From a virus, in IMG/VR virus record IMGVR_UViG_3300020442_000007, positions 101,480 through 165,479 of that record: 64,000 nucleotides of DNA; one strand, 5' to 3'. Under the pieces are notes generated by a model that was not told where the DNA came from, searched no databases, and was given only the letters and a program-made list of their open reading frames with translations. The position numbers were made by a program, and so were the translations under genes. This document shows positions 59,501 through 64,000 of this stretch, one piece after another; position 1 is the first letter of the stretch; every line of letters begins with the position of its first letter.

Positions 59501-61403
59501 TATTGTAAGTAAATCACCATACGTGCAAAATGTGTCAACTTTTGGTACAGCTTGTATTGGATTAAAAGTTGATGGAGCCTTACATGATGCAGGTAACGAT
59601 TCAATTGTAGCTAACGACTTTACACAAATATTAAGTGATGGTATAGGTATGTGGATTACAAACTTAGGTAGAGCTGAACTTGTGTCTGTGTTTACATACT
59701 ACAATCACATTGGATATCTCGCAGAAAACGGCGGAAAAATACGTGCAACTAACGGTAATAACTCGTACGGAGATTTTGGATCAGTTGCTGAAGGACAAGA
59801 TGCAACAGAGACAGCAATTACAGGAACTGTTGATAATAAATCTACAGAAGCAGAAATTGGTAATGTATTGACAGACGGAAATAATATTTTAACATTTGAA
59901 TACTTAAATGCAGGTACAGGTTATACAGCAGGTGGCACAACATTTACTGTAACTGGTGAGGGTTATGGACACGCAATAAACACGCCAGTGGTTGTGGACG
60001 GTGGAGTGATGGAAGTAAGACTCACTGATCCAGCAAACGACTTAGGTGGTGCAGGATATAAAACTGCCGCAGGAATTGCACAATCCGGAAACACAACACA
60101 AATAGTTATTTCAAATACTGACACTGGAATTAACACAACATACACAGGTATGAGTATATACATCACCGCAGGCGCAGGCGCAGGACAATATGGTTATATT
60201 GACACATATAATTCAGGTTCTAAAACTGCAACAATTAAAAAACACAGCGATGGTACAGCCGGATGGGATCATGTAACAGGAGTGTCTCCTGTGGCAATCT
60301 TAGATGATACAACAAATTATATTATTGAGCCGAGAGTAACATTTAGTGGAGGCGGAGTTACTGCTTATGCAGATATTGCAAAAGGTCGTGTAAAAGTTAC
60401 AGACGGAAAAATTTCTGAAGTTAGAATATGGGATCCAGGCACAGGTTATAGCGGAACTCCAACATTTACACTTACAGATCCAAATAACACTGACGATGCA
60501 CCGCATGTCGTAAGAACAGGTGACGGAGTGCTTAGACAACCAACTTGGACTAACAGAGGTACTGCATTTACTACAGCTGAAGCAACAGTAGCAGGAGATG
60601 GACACGCAGATAGATATCAACCTGGAGCAAATATTAGAATAGCAGGCTTAGCTTCTGCACCACAAGCTGGTGCAAACGTTGCATTCTCAGGTATTCCTGG
60701 TAAATGGTTTAAACTTGTTAAGACCACAAACCTTACAGGAAGCGGACCTTTTGATGCAACATTCCAAGTGAGTCCTGACATTTCAGTTACAGAAGCACCA
60801 GAGCATGGTGAAGCCACAACAGTTACAATTAGATACAGTCAAGTAAGATTAACTGGACATGATTTTCTTGATATTGGTACAGGTGATTTTGCAGATACAA
60901 ATTATCCAGGAACACCTCTTGTGAATCCTGATCAAACAAAAGAAACAAATAATTTTGGCGGAGGAAGAGTATTCTTTACTTCAACAGACCAAGATGGTAA
61001 CTTTAGAGTAGGAGACTTGTTTAGTATTGAACAATCAACAGGTATTGCAACTCTAAACGCAGATGCATTTAATATATCAGGATTAAATCAGTTGGAACTA
61101 GGGTCAGTCGAATTAGGCGGCACAGGTGCAACAATTACAGAATTCTCTACTGATGGAACATTTACCGCAGATAGCGATAATATTGTTCCTACACAAAAAG
61201 CTATTAAAACTTATATTACTAGTCAAATAGGTGGAGGACAAGGTGAACTAAACGTAAATAGCATTACAGCAGGAGTGGTACAGATTACTGGTAGTACTAT
61301 TACTACAACCACTGACGTTGCAATAAATACATTACAGAAGGTAAACTTTGCAAAAGGTGTTGACGGACATCCGTTGGCAATGAATTACTATCTACAACAA
61401 TAA
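56595..61403 (+). CDS. Large tail fibre/spike, paralog of 51778, with a helical insert
   Basis: Same architecture, with near-identical blocks (SIVANDFTQ, ELVSVFTYYNHIGYL, RLTGHDFLDIGTG, TSTDQDGNFR). Confidence 0.8.
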   Translation: MAEFKLGRIRFIWKGDWVTSTTYYKDDIVRYGGNTYICIKGHTAPADFTTSQSSYWNKISDGQDWKGSWVAGTVYKVNDVVAYGGYLYIANTGHTAAATATLGLEADQAKWDTFAEGFNYTNDWTTDYRYKVNDLAKYGGTVYICITGHTSASTTADGLEADQAKWQIFSEGFNWKSDWTTSFRYRVNDIVKYGGIVYVCVEGHTSASTASSGLEADQAKWQFSNKGIEYKGNWTAATRYKVNDVVKHGGAIWICVTYHTSQTYLSDDEAKWNQFVEGLEFEDSWQGVNRYQPGDFVTYGGYSYVAKTNNVGARPTSSPSDWDLFTAGFRFIGDWGDDSSNYEYFTGDVVRLGGYTYLCIADSSGHRPPNATYWQRLNSGIAWKNAWSNSTLYDAGDSVRQGTSSYICVLAHTSNSGVNDPANDSLGTYWNQLAGGPETDVLTTQGDLVYYSGSGPARLPIGNAGQVLTVNSAGNAPEWSYIGRINNIFYVDVNTGQNLPASNYGVTLARPWKSIRYACEQVLAGALRENAGYLLKRNRNFIVEEAVQYAVNKTAGGAGIWSGFSFNSAAQISFRADMGKLVDAIIHDITHNGNKETRDDVLRYFTGANLTTPVANTLGVAGVVDKNNETINYMLTEVIDKVLSNTAPTVNYQTTNSFTPAHAQVIDSNYTEESDAQSTVNTLIGILTAALTAGVTTNIPAERIANNSIFVKTGLFNEHLPIIVPRETAVIGDELRGTKVAASAAVTSASDTPKSIAAIQRLKAIISDICTNGSVTKTSGNAQSQVTSKVAGSGAAGTAANGLFQQLEDYINFKVNGASGDSTVPLTTGTNTPTTDTGYLFAQECIEANREFLKAEAVAFINATYPSYSYDEAACRRDVDRYLDGIIYDLKYTGNYKTLLNARYYSNSVNGNAKEDMFYMRNGTGLRNCTISGLSGALGSANSYGTKRPDAGAFVSLDPGYGPADTDVHIVSKSPYVQNVSTFGTACIGLKVDGALHDAGNDSIVANDFTQILSDGIGMWITNLGRAELVSVFTYYNHIGYLAENGGKIRATNGNNSYGDFGSVAEGQDATETAITGTVDNKSTEAEIGNVLTDGNNILTFEYLNAGTGYTAGGTTFTVTGEGYGHAINTPVVVDGGVMEVRLTDPANDLGGAGYKTAAGIAQSGNTTQIVISNTDTGINTTYTGMSIYITAGAGAGQYGYIDTYNSGSKTATIKKHSDGTAGWDHVTGVSPVAILDDTTNYIIEPRVTFSGGGVTAYADIAKGRVKVTDGKISEVRIWDPGTGYSGTPTFTLTDPNNTDDAPHVVRTGDGVLRQPTWTNRGTAFTTAEATVAGDGHADRYQPGANIRIAGLASAPQAGANVAFSGIPGKWFKLVKTTNLTGSGPFDATFQVSPDISVTEAPEHGEATTVTIRYSQVRLTGHDFLDIGTGDFADTNYPGTPLVNPDQTKETNNFGGGRVFFTSTDQDGNFRVGDLFSIEQSTGIATLNADAFNISGLNQLELGSVELGGTGATITEFSTDGTFTADSDNIVPTQKAIKTYITSQIGGGQGELNVNSITAGVVQITGSTITTTTDVAINTLQKVNFAKGVDGHPLAMNYYLQQ

Positions 61404-61418
61404 ACATGGAGAAATAAA

Positions 61419-61736
61419 ATGGCAAGTGGAAGATTAGGAGCAAGCGATGTAGCAGCAGGTACATATACAACTGTATATACCTGTCCGGCGTCTACATTTG
61501 CTGTAGTGAGCATTAACTTACTTAATAGGGGTAACAGCTCGTGCTTCGTGAGATTAGCAATAGCAGATGCTAGTACGCCAACAGACGGTGAGTTTATCGA
61601 ATTCGATACAGAACTTACACCAAAATCGTTACTAGAAAGAACTGGTATTGTTATGCAAGCCGGAAAACTATTAGTTGTCTACACAAATGTTGCTAACGTA
61701 AGTGCAGTAGCGTTTGGAATTGAGACAGCGGCATAA
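61419..61736 (+). CDS. Small beta-sandwich virion protein (paralog family A)
   Basis: TTVYTCPA...INLLNRG...EFIEFDTEL...LERTGIVM...VSAVAFGIE. Confidence 0.65.
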   Translation: MASGRLGASDVAAGTYTTVYTCPASTFAVVSINLLNRGNSSCFVRLAIADASTPTDGEFIEFDTELTPKSLLERTGIVMQAGKLLVVYTNVANVSAVAFGIETAA

Positions 61737-61739
61737 ATA
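61734..61739 (+). promoter_or_regulatory. Late promoter core TAAATA
   Basis: Overlaps the TAA of the upstream gene; AAGGA RBS downstream. Confidence 0.55.
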
Positions 61740-61760
61740 CAATGACAAAGGAATTATAAA

Positions 61761-62093
61761 ATGGGAAGATATATTAATGCAACTCCAGGTCAGGCTTCAA
61801 CCGTAAGGACTATTTCTACAACCTACCAAGCTCTAGTTAATGATCGTATCTTAGCAGACGCAACAGGTGGTGCTTTTACAATCACCCTACCGGCAGCAGC
61901 AGATACAATGGCAGGTGACGTGGTACAGATTTACGACATAGCAGGACAAGCGGCAAGTAATAATATCACCGTAGGACGCAACAGTTCCAAGATTCAAGGT
62001 GCAGCAGAAGATTTAACTATCAACGTAGCTAATGCTGTGATTACTTTGACTTATACAAATGCAACTTATGGTTGGGTTATTACAAGTAACTAA
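61761..62093 (+). CDS. Fibre adaptor domain protein (gp9/gp10-like small domain)
   Basis: DATGGAFTITLPA...GDVVQIYD...NNITVGRNSSKIQG...DLTIN...LTY...YGW. Confidence 0.65.
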   Translation: MGRYINATPGQASTVRTISTTYQALVNDRILADATGGAFTITLPAAADTMAGDVVQIYDIAGQAASNNITVGRNSSKIQGAAEDLTINVANAVITLTYTNATYGWVITSN

Positions 62094-62110
62094 TAATGGA
62101 GATTAAATAA

Positions 62111-63124
62111 ATGGCAACGTTACAATCGATTATAACCAATAGGAATCCAACCTACGAGCCTCAAGAAGAAAATCTTGAACAAGGAAGACTTTTCTATTTT
62201 TCGCCAGCACAAGAACATAGCCAATGCCACAAGTTTACATACAAGTCACCAGGACCTGGTTGTCTAAGAGTTGAAATTTGGGGAGCTGGTGGTTCTGGTG
62301 CGAAAATGTGTTGTTGTGGTCAAGGTGTTCCAGGTAATCCAGGAGCATACGTTGTAAAATGTTTTTTGGTAGATGCTAATTCAAAAGTTTGTGGATGCGT
62401 AGGTAGCTCATGTGGTAATGGTGACGCATTATGTTACAGAGGCAGAAGTACAGGAACATGTGTTTGTTACTTCGGCGCAGCCAGTGATAGTTCAATATGC
62501 GGATGTTTATGTGCCCAAGGTGGTGAAGGTGGTACAACTTACTGTTCACCAAGTTCAGGCACTTTTTGCTGTTTTGTAGCAGACAGTAATTTCTGTACAA
62601 CAGCAATGACAAATCCAGCTGGTTCGGCTTGGGGTGCAGGTTGCGGACTAGTATGTAACACAAGAGGCGGCACAGTAGATGCGACAGAAGCTAAGGCATA
62701 CGGTGGAGATATTAATTGCCCAGGTGGAATAAGTTGTACAAGTTTTTATAATTGCGATAGTGCAAACCATTGTTACGTGCATTATCATATTAGGGTACCA
62801 GCAGGTACACATGCAACCGGAGGAGGTATGGTAACCTTTTCTGGAGACAATGACAGTCAGATAGCGATAGGTGGTACAGCTGGATATCATCATTATCATC
62901 AATATGCTTTAGAGGGTATGAAGAGATCTCCATCACAAGGTTGGAGTACAAATCAACTTTGTTACTTTAGTAGATTATGTGGATGTTACGAAAACAACGG
63001 CTGTCAATCAACAGCACCAAGAGGACATGGAGGAGCTCCGACTATGACATGTAACTCGGTTAGAGATAACGCACAAAGAGGTGGACACGGAGCAGTAAGA
63101 ATTTTATGGAGAGCCGCAACTTAA
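62111..63124 (+). CDS. Cys/Gly-rich putative adhesin or fibre-tip protein
   Basis: EIWGAGGSG...GAY...AQGG.GG...GGHGAVRI glycine-rich domain framework with about 30 Cys in 337 aa. Confidence 0.7.
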   Translation: MATLQSIITNRNPTYEPQEENLEQGRLFYFSPAQEHSQCHKFTYKSPGPGCLRVEIWGAGGSGAKMCCCGQGVPGNPGAYVVKCFLVDANSKVCGCVGSSCGNGDALCYRGRSTGTCVCYFGAASDSSICGCLCAQGGEGGTTYCSPSSGTFCCFVADSNFCTTAMTNPAGSAWGAGCGLVCNTRGGTVDATEAKAYGGDINCPGGISCTSFYNCDSANHCYVHYHIRVPAGTHATGGGMVTFSGDNDSQIAIGGTAGYHHYHQYALEGMKRSPSQGWSTNQLCYFSRLCGCYENNGCQSTAPRGHGGAPTMTCNSVRDNAQRGGHGAVRILWRAAT

Positions 63125-63137
63125 CGGGGAATATAAT

Positions 63138-64000
63138 ATGGCAAATTTAAAAGATCTAGTACAAAACCGCTTAAATAAATCCTTTCCACTTGTTGAAGAA
63201 AATTTGGAAGATGGAGAAATTTACGTATTTTGTTCTGCAAGAAGTTTTGGTTGTTTTACCAACTGTTTTGCTTGGTATTCACCAGGTGCAGGTACAGCTC
63301 AAATAGAAATATGGGGTGCAGGCGGTTCAACAGGATGTCAATGTTGTTGTAACTTCAGCATAGGAGGCCAATCAGGTGCTTATGCTAAAAAAACAGTAAC
63401 AATGACAGCAAATGGATATGTTTGCGGTCAGACAGGTCATCCATGTATGCCTAACGCAGGATTTTGTTATTCAGGGTGTTCAGAAGCAACCTGTGTGTCA
63501 ATATGTTTAGGAACAGCAAGTACATGTAGTTGTATGTGTGCTCAAGGTGGTAATGGCGGATTGACAGCATGTAGAACAAGTACATCAGCTATGTGTTGTT
63601 TGCAGAACTGTTGTTTTGCAGCCTACCAAGGTACAGGATTAGGAGCTGGTTGCGGAATTGTATGTGGATGTAGAAACACATATGCAGTAGCAACAGCATA
63701 TGGAGGCGATATAAATTGCCCAGGAACTTACGCTTGTAACGGACATTGGACTTGTGACACCAGCCAAAACACAGATTATATACAGGCATCTAATGCTATA
63801 CCTCATGGACAGTATGTTTCATTAGGATATCAAGCAACAGCGATGCATGCAGGTGAAGATGGAAACATACCAGGACAAGCACAGTCAGGACAGTGGAGAT
63901 ATCCAAATATGTCAATAAAAGGGTCTATTGCTAGAAATATAACAAGTTGGTACCCAAGTACTGCAAGTTGCTGGAACTCTAGTAAAGTATGTGCATGTTA
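63138..64000 (+). CDS. Second Cys/Gly-rich paralog, truncated by the window edge
   Basis: Not in the track. MANLKDLVQNR...EENLEDG...EIWGAGGSTGCQCCC...CSCMCAQGG...AYGGDINCPG; open to 64000. Confidence 0.75.
   Translation, partial: MANLKDLVQNRLNKSFPLVEENLEDGEIYVFCSARSFGCFTNCFAWYSPGAGTAQIEIWGAGGSTGCQCCCNFSIGGQSGAYAKKTVTMTANGYVCGQTGHPCMPNAGFCYSGCSEATCVSICLGTASTCSCMCAQGGNGGLTACRTSTSAMCCLQNCCFAAYQGTGLGAGCGIVCGCRNTYAVATAYGGDINCPGTYACNGHWTCDTSQNTDYIQASNAIPHGQYVSLGYQATAMHAGEDGNIPGQAQSGQWRYPNMSIKGSIARNITSWYPSTASCWNSSKVCAC

Noticed and set aside
1-64000. Stop-codon reassignment, tRNA genes, inteins or introns in portal/gp46/gp23, diversity-generating retroelement
   Set aside because: Very long ORFs are intact in the standard code and all three stop codons are used. 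No cloverleafs, splicing motifs, reverse transcriptase or template/variable repeat pair were seen.

Overview
A 64 kb, AT-rich, densely coding segment of a large T4-related (probably jumbo) myophage genome in the standard genetic code, covering most of the virion morphogenesis region. The minus strand (1-27.3 kb) carries a baseplate module: a truncated fibre-like gene, a 5,186-aa giant wedge-like protein, and gp6-, gp25-, PAAR-, gp5-, hub-, gp53- and gp48/54-like genes. The plus strand from 27.4 kb carries late sigma gp55 and gp47/gp46 (perfect sigma70 promoters upstream of gp55 and gp47) and a stand-alone GIY-YIG nuclease. Next come a minus-strand gp26/gp51-like chaperone pair joined by a probable -1 frameshift, then tape measure, portal, a Maf/MptE-like transferase, scaffolds, protease and major capsid protein. 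The window ends in a long array of paralogous fibre/adhesin genes, the last two very Cys-rich. Late genes are marked by a TAAATA promoter core. The most interesting signals are non-coding. (i) A closed, pseudoknotted ~300-nt RNA starts right after the GIY-YIG stop codon. (ii) A miniature copy of its UGACC-loop/UUGGGAA(A)GGUCA module sits in the 5' leader of a virion gene 17.7 kb away, and a third UGACC-loop leader lies at 44.6 kb. (iii) An independently transcribed ~230-nt RNA (possibly manA-like) lies after the capsid gene. D-S-S/T tripeptides also appear enriched in virion proteins, which together with the transferase hints at virion glycosylation. All calls come from reading the sequence and recalled family motifs; no searches or folding programs were run.
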